Shown piece after piece: positions 12,151 to 23,677 of a stretch of DNA of 64,000 nt. The DNA is from Camelus dromedarius (taxonomy: Eukaryota), in contig NC_087437.1 in the NCBI RefSeq assembly GCF_036321535.1, forward strand, positions 16,494,001-16,558,000. Reading direction: 5' to 3'. The notes beneath the pieces were generated by a model that searched no databases, was not told the DNA's origin, and saw only the letters and a list, made by a program, of their open reading frames with translations. Position 1 is the stretch's first letter, and every line of letters begins with the position of its first letter. The position numbers were made by a program, and so were the translations under genes.

Positions 12151-13039
12151 CTGATGTGCGGTGGTTTGATTCATGAGGTTTTTCTGTTTTTTATTGCGAG
12201 CCTCTCTTCATCAGGGGGCTTAGGTCTATGGAATTCTGTGTGCCCTGGATTGTGAAAGGATTCCTGCTGAGAAGTTTTATATTTGCTTTTACTGTAGCCT
12301 GTAGGGTTTCAATGGTCCTTGACCAGGTTTATGATAAATTCTCAGCTTGGGCGTCCCACGTCAGACAGGTAGTGTAAATTTGGATTGCAAACCTCTATGT
12401 AATTCAGGCTTAGGGATTAGGTTTCTCAAATTTTTTTTGCTTCTTTCTGGATAAGTCTCTGGACAAATGACAGGCTTCCATGTGCTTCCCTTTGTCAAAA
12501 GGTCCAATTTTCCAGTCCACATTTTGTAAGCAGGGGAGCTCTTTGATTTTTCAGGCTTTACACACGGTTTCTCCTCCCTCCATTACCTGTGGTCTGCAAG
12601 CCACATGACTGATTCTCATATAGATACTCCAGGGCCAAGCCCAGTTCTCATGTGAAACCCAAATCCCCATGAGACCCCAGGTATGGACTCCCCTTACCCC
12701 CCCCCCCCCCACTCACAGTAGCTTTCATTTCCCTTCCTCTCCTCCTACATCTGAGATAGTTTTCTTCCTTTCAACTTCAGCAATGCAATTTCACCAAAAT
12801 TTTGTTATTTTTTTTTTCAATCCAGCATTTCTATGAATTTGAATTGTTAAAGTGGGGTGGTCAATTGCATTTCCATATTCTGTCCTGTTACTGAGAGTCC
12901 TCTGAAGGGATGAAGGTCACTTCCTATTTTAAAACTCCACAATTTTAATTAATCACTTTATAAGAGATGAGAAAAAAAGAGAGAGAGGTTACGTAGCAAG
13001 AGCTAAAGAACCATACGTACCTAGGTATACATGGTGTCT

Positions 13040-13490
13040 AGTTCCCATTAATATTCCACCCCCATCATCTGCTGCTTAATCTGACTCTTGGTGTTCAGTC
13101 CTTCATTGTAAACCTCCTCTTAGATCAGAAGTTTCCCCAGGGTAGGCACTTCTTGATTCTTCAGTCTTTGGAACCATAGAGGTGTTGCAGAGGGAAAGCT
13201 AATATCCTGGGTTCCAGGCATCCATACCCCCATCAATGCATAGGCACACTCTGTCAGGAATGGTGAGTAGCGAAATGCTTTACTCAAATTCCACCCCACG
13301 GGATCCTACCTTTTCCTGAAACCAGAATTCATCCTATTTCAGTGAAGCTGCCACAACTGACTTCCTACTCTGTCCTTGATCATATCAAAATGAAGCTCAA
13401 AAGCATGGAATCTGACGTATAGAGATTCTTCTGTGAGGGTTGAGACTGCTTTCATATCCTGACCCCTTCTTGACACTCGTTCTGTCTTTG
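13040..13490 (-). mobile_element. Possible ancient ERVL internal 3' remnant
   Basis: Minus strand ends in a PPT-like gatgggggtgga and has weak similarity to the ERVL dUTPase-region sequence. Confidence 0.3.
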
Positions 13491-14149
13491 TAACACTTAT
13501 TCAAAGGCCTGTCATTTCCCATCAAGCTATAAGCCCTTTTATGGTGGCATTTACCTCTGTATAACCCATCATATCCATCAGAGAGGCAAATACACGTAAG
13601 TACTCAATAAATTACTCCTGGAGATATTATAGTCATTCAGACACCATCAGTTGTGGAATCCACTTCCCAAATCCCCCTCCTATCACCCTGGTTGGCCCAC
13701 AACCCTTCCTCTCATCATTACCCTCCTAGCTTCATCGCCTGAACTTGAGCTGGGGTAGAGGAGCAAAGATGTTTTAAAGACACCTGCAACAACATGGAGA
13801 CCACTTGCAAAGTAAGTGAAGCTTATTTTGGCTTCAGACTGGAGGAAAGTGGTGAGAAATCTGTGAAGAGATGCTCTTCTCCACCTTTGTGGGAGGAGGA
13901 AAAATGAGGGGACAACTACAGTGAGGATGTGCAGTGGACCCACGAGTGGGGCTGGTGAGGAATACATGGGCACAGGTGCTTTTAGAATCCAACTTCAAAA
14001 AAAAAAAGAACCAACTTCAAATTGTGAATCAGGCACCTTGAAAACATCCATAGATTTTGTTTTGTCTGGTCATCTGACATCTGCAAATAGAACCTAATAA
14101 AATAATGCAAAAGTAGAGGTAAGGAGGAACATATGCTTGAACAGTATCA

Positions 14150-14560
14150 TTTCAATGATGCAGTAAAATTTTTCCAATTGCAAACAACCTAAATATCAAA
14201 ACAATCAAGAAATGGTTATGTAAACTGGCACATTTTTTACTAGAGGAAACATTATACATTCCTTAAAAACTATGGTTTTAAAGGCCACACAGCACCATGA
14301 AAAATGCTCATCACTAAATGTTAAGTGAAAAAAAAAAGAGAAAATTTGTATGTGTAGTAGGACTGCAACTAGATTTTTTAAGTGGTGTTAAGCAGAAAGA
14401 CTAGCAGAAAATATACCAACCTGTTAACAGCAACTCTGTTATGTTATTCGCATTATGGGTGTTTTTATTTTCCTTTTTCCAATTTTTCCAGATTGTGGTT
14501 CTATTACCTTTATAATAAGTTACATTGCACACAAAAGTTCAATTTTTTTTTTAATTGGGT
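14150..14560 (+). mobile_element. L1ME 3' end
   Basis: aattgcaaacaacctaaatatc...aaatggttatgtaaactgg...aaatgttaagtgaaaaaa...gaaaatatacca. Confidence 0.7.
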
Positions 14561-16380
14561 AAAGATTCAATCCTAGTGAAGAACAGAAATTTGTTCTTCT
14601 GTCCTCATTCACTTCCTTCTTTGTCTCCTTCTTTCCTTCCTTTCTTCTTTCTTTCATGGGACAAGGAGGAACAATTCGAGTTTTAAGAAATCAGAAAGAA
14701 GAATATTGTATTTTACCAACAGTCTGAATTCTTGGAATAACTGTTTTTCCCTTTTCTATTACCAAAGGTGGGAAAGGAACCTAGAGAGAAATAGGCACTG
14801 AGAGGACCAGAGGCAAGATTGTTCTGGGAGGTGGCCAGTGGGCACAATGAGTGCAGTGAGGGAGCTGCGGGGAAATGCAGTGATCGAGAGCCCGTTTCAT
14901 GGGTATGCAAGATGATGGCAAAAGCTAATTTGGGGAAATGAGGGACAAACATGAGCTAATCAGCTCTGACCAACTGGGCAAAATACTATTTACAAAACAC
15001 TAAGGATGCCTTCCTGCTCTATGTAACTCGAATACAAAAAAAGCCCCCACTGAATTTTGCTGGATTGTCATTAAGCAACGCATGCGGATTAAAGGATGAA
15101 GCAGGGATTGACTGTTGTCTCTAGTGAGTCTCAGACTTGTGCACACGAACTGTTCCCAGACACTTGGTTCACTCTTTGGTCATCAGCCGGGACCTCCACA
15201 CACCTGGAAACTGATGTCTGATTAAACACTCCCTTGTGGCGCTTCCCCAAGCTCAGCCTGGATGCTTGGCAGGCCCACAACTAGCCCATGGTTGGTTTAG
15301 AGATTAACTCTTTCCTGTCCTCCTCCTATCAACCATCCCAACAGCTGTCCTAAACAGCAGGTTTCCCGGAAGCTCTGCCAGAGAAGAGGCCACATGTCCA
15401 AGGAAGCCCTTCTGTGGCATTTGGGGCTGTGTCTGGGATAATCAGCCAGAGGTCATTGCCTGGTCGCAAGATGGTAGAACCTTTGGGACTGGCCAGAGCA
15501 GGGGGATCATCACAGTGAAGTCTGGCAGTCCTTGTCCGGGGTGGTGACCAGGAAGTGCAGAGCCGGAGACTGGCATGGAAGGGGTTACCATGGCAGAGCT
15601 CTTGATGCCTGGGGTTATAGGTGCCTAGAAAAGCCTGGAGCAGAAGCTTCTCTGACAGCCGTCAGGGGCCTCTGCTACCTCTAAATTAATGCTTTCCAGC
15701 CCTCAACTCTCAGTCTCATTCATCTGATTTTGGTTTGGGGTTTTGGTTTTTGCATTTAAACAGTATGTATAAACACGTATACAATGGCTTTGTAATGGAG
15801 CCACTTTTCTTGGGTGAATAAGATAAACTTGACAGAAAGCTTAACTCTCCAACTCTTGGCACTCACCATCTTTGCCATCCTTGCCTCCTCTTCACGATGC
15901 TGGTTGATCTGTGCTCCCAACCAGCATGGACACCTCTAGGTGGAGCACAATCACGTACAATCATCTACCAAGATAGTTCCCATGAGGGGTGGTTCTCTCT
16001 GGGGTAGTCCATGCTGTGAGCCAGCACAGAAAAGGCAAGAAGAACCCTCATCCCAGAGTCATGAGGGACAAAAACTACAGGTGTCTGAACGTGTGTTGTG
16101 ATTCAGGATCTCACTGTGGGCCCGGTGATCCTCCATCCTTGATCCTGCCCCGAAGGGTAGAGGTCAAGACATCGCTGGCTCCATCTTACTCACCTCCGTC
16201 TGGTCAGGACGAGATGATGCCTTAAGACTGCTCTTTACTTTCCTTAACGTCCCCTTTCTGAACCCTTTTCATATCCATAGATTTTCCTCCCTCCCCTTTC
16301 CAGGTATGGGATCGCCCATCAAAGGCAGCCACCAAGAAACCATGTACACTGGCAGCGTATACTTTGGTGGGAACTATTCT

Positions 16381-16694
16381 AATGGTGTTTCTCAAACAGG
16401 ACATTTTAAAAATATCCATAAGTATCCCTCAGAATTATCTCAGATGGAGCACAGAAAACAACAATAATTACCTGCTTTTTAATATCAAGTAGACATACTA
16501 AAATAAAATACAATAAATAAAATACATACTAAATAAATAAAATAAAGCAACATAAACTAGTGATTTTATCACTAAGATAGGTAGTTAAAATAATTCAAAG
16601 AAAATTCTTATTAAAGCATAATATGGGAGTACTCTAATATTAACAAAAATCATATAAAAAGCGGGACTTGATAACTGAAATTTGGGAAACCCTC
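16381..16694. mobile_element. hAT-Charlie-like DNA transposon
   Basis: Terminal inverted-like ends ggtgtttctcaaa ... tttgggaaaccct around an AT-rich interior. Confidence 0.55.
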
Positions 16695-18065
16695 TATGGA
16701 TTACCTCCTTTAAGTAACAACATGTTAAGCCTAAACCTGGCTGGGAATGGAAGGATTTGTCCCTATTTAATTCCCATCAAGCAGGCTGGGAAGGTGATCT
16801 TAGGGGAGGGTGGCCTTCTGGCCCTGCTGATTCATGCCATGGACCGAATCCCTCGCTGCTGAGATGTTAAGTCTAGCCTTATTTCAGCAGCACAATGATT
16901 GGGAGCGCTGCCAAGAACACAACAGACTATCCTGCAGCTGTTATCTCATTTGTATGAGTGATATGAAGAAGGCAGCACAATTTAATATGCCATCTAATAC
17001 TTTTATTCTTATCTCATCAGTAGGGCAGGTGGTAGCATACATGTTTGAAAGCCATTGCAGATGGGTATGGGGGAGGGCCCCAAGAAACGATGTTAGCTGC
17101 TATCTGAGCTGAGTGAAACGATCTGAGCATGGATATAATTTTATAAAGGCAGTCTCACTTGTATCTTCACCAGTAAGATCTTAATCACACCAGGTAAGGG
17201 GGGTGGATATCGCCTCTCCTGGTTATCTGGGGGTGGGGTGACAGTATTGTCATCCCTGGGAGAATGGTTATCTGTTATTTCATTTGTAAGAGACCAACAA
17301 GAACGTTATCAGGGCATTTGTAACCAAACGGGTGCTGCTCAGAGTGATAAAAGAGGGAGGAGGCGGCTCATCTCCAAGGAGGTGGAGATAATGCCAACTT
17401 GCACGGGGCGGAGATGGATGGTATTGTTGAAAGTGGTTTCAAATATTGGGAACCGACTAAGAATCTCTCGCAGAAGCTCAAATTTTGGCTCAGGAGGAGA
17501 GAGAAATAAATAAGAGGACCTGGGTGAAGAAAGGGAGCTTGGATGAGAGAGTGATCATCTCAACTCCTTTGGCCTTAAGAGAAATGTGAATAAATAAATC
17601 TTTCTCTACTCTCTGTATTTGAAGATGAACCACAGCAACCTTCAAACTACTGAGGGACACAGATAATTCTTTTTTTTCTTTCTTACATTCTCAGTCTTAT
17701 TTATCTTTTCTGATTTTCCGTTTTTTTTAAACAACTAAGATCTCAAATACGCTTTCAACAAATGAAACTGTTAAGGTGTTAACAACAACGGCAGCAAAAA
17801 TCAGGACACAAATTCTTCAAAGTAAAAGCGAGAGAGGAGAAAGAGCCTCACTGCTGTAATACTGAACATTAGCTCCCAAATAGTCCATATCTATAATTTA
17901 TAAGAACATCAAAGTCAGGTTAAAGAGCCGAAACTCTCTAGTGGCATTTCTGTTAGCTCTAACTGCCTTTGACTTCTGACCACTTTTTCCTGTGGTTGGG
18001 AAAATCTTTTTAATTTTTAACCCCCATGAAGACTGCAGTCTAACATGTTAATGCTCTAGTCCACC

Positions 18066-18098
18066 TTCTCTCTCTCTTTCTCTCTCTCTCTCACTCTC
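18066..18098. repeat. (CT)n microsatellite
   Basis: Interrupted CT run. Confidence 0.85.
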
Positions 18099-18799
18099 TG
18101 TTGGAGGACAGAGGGAACAAAAACTGCCCACCAAACTGAGAAGGCATCTTGAGATGGAAGAAAAAGCATGCAACCCCATCTGATCAATGGATCAATTTAC
18201 TATAGGGCAACATACCCACAGGGTGGGATGGGATTGGGTGGACAGCAACCCAGAAGCATTCCCAGCTGCACTCCATACTGCCGAGGGGCCACTGGCACAG
18301 TTTCATAGTTAACCTAGGGCATGAGATTAGGTGCTTGGAAACAGAATGTGCTCTCTTAAGTCAAGATTCATGAATGGGTAACTAGCCTTGTGGGTGCCAG
18401 AAATACATCAGGGAAGGTTTTCATCTTTGTTTGGGGACCAACAGAGCAGAGGGGCTCTCTGGTCCTAATGATTATTAAACAATACCTTTTTAACTACAAA
18501 GCCCTTGATGATGGAGGAGTGATTCACTGTACAGCACTGTTACAGGGAGGATCAGGGGAAGAACAGGAGAAACTCTGAGGGCCCAACATGGTGTCAGTTA
18601 TGCTAAGGGCTGTTCATTCTCTATCTCTCTCTCTCTTTTTGTTTTTGTTTTTTGAACCTCACTTCAACTCAGTGACATTATTCATCTTGAAGGTATTGCT
18701 TGTAATGCTTTCAAACAAAACAGAAACGTGTGACAATGACAATTATTAGTCTCCTGTCTTCAGATTCACCCCCTTGAGGTCATCAAGCTCAGTAGTTTG

Positions 18800-19790
18800 A
18801 GATATTTGTTCCCACAACTTTACCTGAGCCTTAACAATATGCACACATTTTTGTCAAACAGCTATATGTGGATCCTCTCATGGCAATAATATAAATCCAA
18901 GTCAAGCTTTTTAATGGCTTTAAAATATTTCACATGACAGGGATAGTAAGTTACCCACTTATCCCTGAACTGATGAGCATTCACATTCCCCAAGCCCCCT
19001 GCCCCTATTTTTTTTATAATCACTGCTTCAATAGCTACATTTATATATTTCTCCTTTAGTATTAGCACTTTATTTCTCTGCGACAGTGGGATTATTGTAT
19101 CCAAAAAATGGCCAGTTTTTGTTTCTAAAAATATGTTTAAATTACTTCCCCCGTATGTAGTAGCCGCTCACAGTCCCACACACAGCAGGCGAAGAGCTCG
19201 CTTCCTCACCCCCCCCTCCCCCAAGGTTCGGCATTCCTCGATCGCTCCACGCTTTGCTGGCCGACCGACCGAGTAAAGATGCTCTCCCGTTCCTTTCATC
19301 TGCATTCTCTTAATTTCCTGTGAGGCTGTCCGGCTTCTCAAATGTTTACTTGCCGCTTTTTGCTTCCTCAGGGATGACTTGCTTTGCGCCTCCTTCTAAC
19401 GGCTGTAAAGCCTTTTCCTTAACATTCTGCGGGGCTCTTGGCACTCACCTTTTGCCCGTCACGTGGGTTGCGGCTCTCTCCCCCAAGGTTCTGTCTCTAG
19501 ACTTGGCTTATGGTGTCATTTGGCATAAAAGCTTAAAATTCTTACCTCATCAAACACGTCGATGTTTTCGTCTTTGGATTGTAGGCATCTTGGTTTATTT
19601 TAGAAGACCTTCCCCACCCCAAGGGTGCATACTCTTCTAACATTTTGTTGGGTTTTTTTTTTTTAATTCTTAATTTTACTTTCGTGAATCTATAAAACAG
19701 AAGAACAAGATATACCTTCACATGATCAACCACTTGACTCTTGGAGACAGGACTTCTTGATATCACACTACCCTAATCTGGTCTTTTTCA
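18800..19790 (-). mobile_element. Ancient L1ME-type 3' region
   Basis: Colinear with the antisense L1 3' consensus (tttttaatggct...aatattt; cacagtcccac..cagcag; atctgcattctcttaatt; atgtttacttgcc; ttatggtgtcatttgg..aaaagcttaaaatt; ttagaagaccttccccaccccaagg). Confidence 0.65.
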
Positions 19791-22647
19791 GCCCAAATGA
19801 TCCACCCCTTAAAAAAAAAACAGGAATTACCGATAAAAGAATTGAACTAAACAAAGTATGCAATCTTTAATGCAATCTTTAATGCAGATGTAAGAAGTAG
19901 CACCAGGAATAGAAACAGCAACCAGTCAAGAGTCCAGGAGGTTGATACTCAGCCTCCAAAATAATGCTATACCTGACTCATGGCTGCATCCCCGCAGGAC
20001 TTCTCCCAGGCACTTGTACAAATTAAACACTTCAACGAAGATGCTTTTACTGGTTGGATGGATGCCTGCGTGCACAGATGCATGGGTTTCAAACAAGTCT
20101 TTAACAAATGCACCTCCAACTCAAAACCTAACCAAAGGCCAACATAAAAGTACTAGTGATCAAAACTGAACTCCTACTGAAACAGTCCCTGCGCAGTTAG
20201 TAGTTAACATTTCACTCACGTGCGTAATGAAATACATCTTTCCGTGGCTAGACTGCTTTCAAAGAAGCCTTTTTGGCTTCGAGTGCCAATCAAAGAACCC
20301 TTAAATTAATAATCATCTGAGGCAGAAACTGTTGAGCCCAGAGGAAATCTCCTTACCCCTATCTGGTCACTGGATGGCAAAAATTATCGGCTCTGGATGT
20401 GATTTTCATGACAATAATTAACAACCACGACTTTATGGATGACAAGGAGCTCTCTGTACATTATCACATTGGAGTCTTACACCCATTCTACAGATGAAAA
20501 AAAAAAGAGTTTCGATGAAATAGCCTGAGAAACTAAATCAAAATTCAGATCAAGAGTTGTCTCCCTCTGAATTCCATTCTGTTGTCATGAAAGCAAATAT
20601 GTCCACCACCATCATCACTTTCACTTCCAGCAAAGAGGAAAGCGAGATTATGTGATTATTGTCCCCCTAAAGGGGCAGTGACTTCTTACTTTCCAGAGAT
20701 CTACACTTGAGATATTTTCTCAAAGATTTTCTGTTTAATAAAACCCACAGACTACTTTCAGACAGCACCAGAATCTTCATCTTCCAAGAGATGGGCAGAG
20801 TTGGATTGTAAGCAGCAGGGATTTGTTCTTGGGCAATGAATCATCAGCTGTGGCTACCCCTCCACATTAGGAGAGGTGGGAGGGAGGCTGAACTTTGTCA
20901 AGAGAGGGATTCTTCTGAGTATAAGTGTAGCGAGTAAGAGTGTTGGTCTACAAACTCCATTTGTGGAAGAATTCCGACTATCACGGGACTTTGAGCAGGT
21001 GGCTGGGCTGCAGCTCCGTATCCAGGCTGCCATTGGCTGAGACAGCCTCACTCCTGCTTTGGGTAGTCAGGCCGCGCAGGTCACTGCTGGGCCATTCTTC
21101 TCTCCCAATATTAGGCTTTTCTGAATCTGGCTTCTCTTTGCTGCCTTCCAGCCCCTCTGCCATGTCCACTTCATGATGACGTCCAGTACGCACAGTGTGA
21201 CCTTGTCACATCCCCACCTCAGCATTTGGCAGCTCCAAGGACCCTTATGAATGGACACTACCTGTGGGCTCCCTTAGATCTTTCCCAGCACCCCCACCCA
21301 CCCACAGCTACTCCTGGTCTGGGGTCTTTCCCTTTCCCACTTCCTATTCAGGAAAGCAAACCCCTAAACTGATGATTCCCCACGGGGTACTTTGGAAATC
21401 TGTGGACGTATTAATTGGCTGTCACAATGATGGGAGTTATATTACCCATGAATATAATTTTATTTCAGGAGAGTAAAGAAGACTTCACAAAATAGTCACT
21501 ACATAAAGCAGTTGTTAGCTTTAATAGGACTGAGGGTAACTGCCTTCAACATCCTCTCTTCCATTCCTCTTCTCAGGATGAGATGAAGAAGGGTGGTCAC
21601 AGAATGCTGTGTCATTGGGACCCTCGTCTCTCCCCTCCTTCTTCCCTTCTGGCTCTGCCTTCCCCCAGGCTGGGAAGACGCCGTCCTAGGTTCAGAAAAG
21701 CTGTCTGTGACTCCCTCTGACTTCGCTCTTCCCCAAAGCCCCTCACAGTCTCGGCTTTTTACAGCCAACGCCTGGCGAGTGCGTGTGCTGTCACTTCCCT
21801 TCCCTGAGGCAAGGATGCTCCGGGGTCCAGCTGCCCAGACAGGATAAGGGTCACCAGGTAAGGGATGTAGTAGGGAAAACACATCTGCTAGTATTTCCAA
21901 ATGTTATGTCGCCACATTATTGAGAAAGACCTGCTAACTAGGTGGTCATTTGAACCAGCCTCCAGAATGATGTTGTCACGCCATCACAGCCACAGTGCAA
22001 GGCAATGATTCAAGTGTGTACAAAGCTGTTAGATGGCCCTCACCACTGCTCAAAGCCGCAGCACCATCCAAACACAGCAGACACCTAAACAAGAGCATTC
22101 TAGTCAAGCATCTGCCTTGCACCTTCCCACCCTCTCCACCGAGAGAGCTCTATCCGCTTTCAGGGCCTTGCCACAAATTTCCCTGATCCTGTGTATGCAG
22201 AATCCGTAGCTCCTGCGTCCGCACCCCCACGGCACGTTTCACAGACTTCAGTTATGCTGTGCTCCGTGGGGTAAGATCTGTGGGTTTCCTCCACGTGTCT
22301 CACTAGACTCTGAGGTTCCTTTGGGAAGAGGCCTTGTCACATTCACTCCTATATGACCAAATTTCAGGACTGCGCTCTCAGTTCATCCAAGGGTTAAAAA
22401 AACAAAACAAACAAAAAAAAAAAAACAGTCCACCTAGTGCAGTGGGTAAGACAGCTCTGCATCCAAAAACAATACGTTTCTTTGTGTTTCTGATCGTGTA
22501 AATCTGAGTCAGCCCCATCCACAGGGATTTGTGGGAAATTTTACAGAACCCCTCTCCGGACCTCCTGGGATGGCACAGGAAGCCCTGTGAAAGGTTATGC
22601 AGCCCAAAACAATTGGGATAGGTCTCTGATTGTCAGTTCCCAGTGGA

Positions 22648-22793
22648 CAGGACTCACTACATCATTTGGACGGTGCAGTCAGTGCAAAATGAAACTGCAG
22701 GTCTCTTTGTTCAAAAATTGTTAAGAATTTCAAGACAGAGAGGGCAGAGGCATTAAACCAAGTACAACTGCACAGGTCATGACGTCAGCCCTG
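22648..22793 (-). mobile_element. MER45A-like hAT-Tip100 MITE
   Basis: CAGG...CCTG termini; internal cagtgcaaaatgaaa..ttgttcaaaaattgttaagaatttcaagac..gcattaaaccaag; 8-bp TSD CCAGTGGA/CCAGTGGG. Confidence 0.75.
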
Positions 22794-23279
22794 CCAGTGG
22801 GTGTCTCTCCCATTCTCCCATTCCCAGGGCACAAGTGGTATGGGACGTCCCAGGCTTTGGTGCCCAGGGTCCACCCCGTGGGCATACACCTGGGACACTG
22901 CATAGATGGGGGCTGGGTGTCTGCCACACATGGGATTCATATCTCCCACCTCCCAGAAGGAAGTCTCCTCCTGCGTGGCTCACAGAAGCCTTCAACCCCC
23001 ATAGATGCGGCCACTCGCTCTCCTAGCATGAAGTCAACTTTCCCTTTCTCCTCTTCAGAGACTTTTTTTTCTGAGCCTGTCCTTCCAAATGAAGGTCTGG
23101 GGTAGAAGATTTTCTCCATAGAGGCCCCTGGAACACAACAAAGATATGTAAGAATATTCTAAACTCAGGTTCTAAAACTCAGGGACAAGGTCAGCAACTC
23201 AGCGTCATTGTAGGGAGATGATGGGGTGCTGTAGGCATGAAAAATGCACCCCTAGCATATCCATCTGAAGGGGCGGCCT

Positions 23280-23677
23280 CACTGGTATGCTGGCAAATGT
23301 TTAACAAAGGGCTGTCTAAGGAAAAAAAAACAGGCAGGAGGGTACAGCTCAGTGGTAGAGCGCATGCTCAGCATGCACAAGGTCATGGGTTCAATCCCCA
23401 GTCCCTCCATTAAATAAATAAATACATACAAACAAATAAACATACATACATACATACATACATACATACATACATACATACATACATACGTCTAATAATC
23501 TCCTCCCCCCACCCCACCCTCCAAATAACCAGTAGTATTTGCCAGTTTTCCTGATGTAAATACTCCTACCATGGCTGCTCTCAAAGACGTCAAGCTACCA
23601 CCGTGAAGTCATGAACAGAGCTGAGAAGGTAATGTCTCTCTCACGGGCTGGTGGGAGCCCATTCCAGCACATCCCAG
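23280..23677. mobile_element. MER63A-like hAT-Blackjack element split by a SINE
   Basis: cactggtatgctggcaaatgtttaacaa ... gtaaatactcctaccatggc..caagctacca ... ttccagcaca. Confidence 0.75.
23334..23527 (+). mobile_element. tRNA-Ala-derived camelid SINE (Vic-1-like) with an internal (TACA)n expansion
   Basis: A box cagctcagtgg, B box ggttcaatcc, then a taaa/taca array and a ctaat..ctcccc tail. Confidence 0.85.

Noticed and set aside
15905..15952. Small hairpin (GTGCTCC...GGAGCAC) overlapping a CTCF-like CCTCTAGGTGGAGC
   Set aside because: The stem is too short for a pre-miRNA and the CTCF match has two core mismatches; unsupported without data.
23334..23410. tRNA-Ala-like sequences (also ~32115-32193, 51467-51545, 51760-51835)
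   Set aside because: The acceptor stems do not pair cleanly, and each is followed by the same SINE tail, some with TSDs; these are SINE heads, not tRNA genes.
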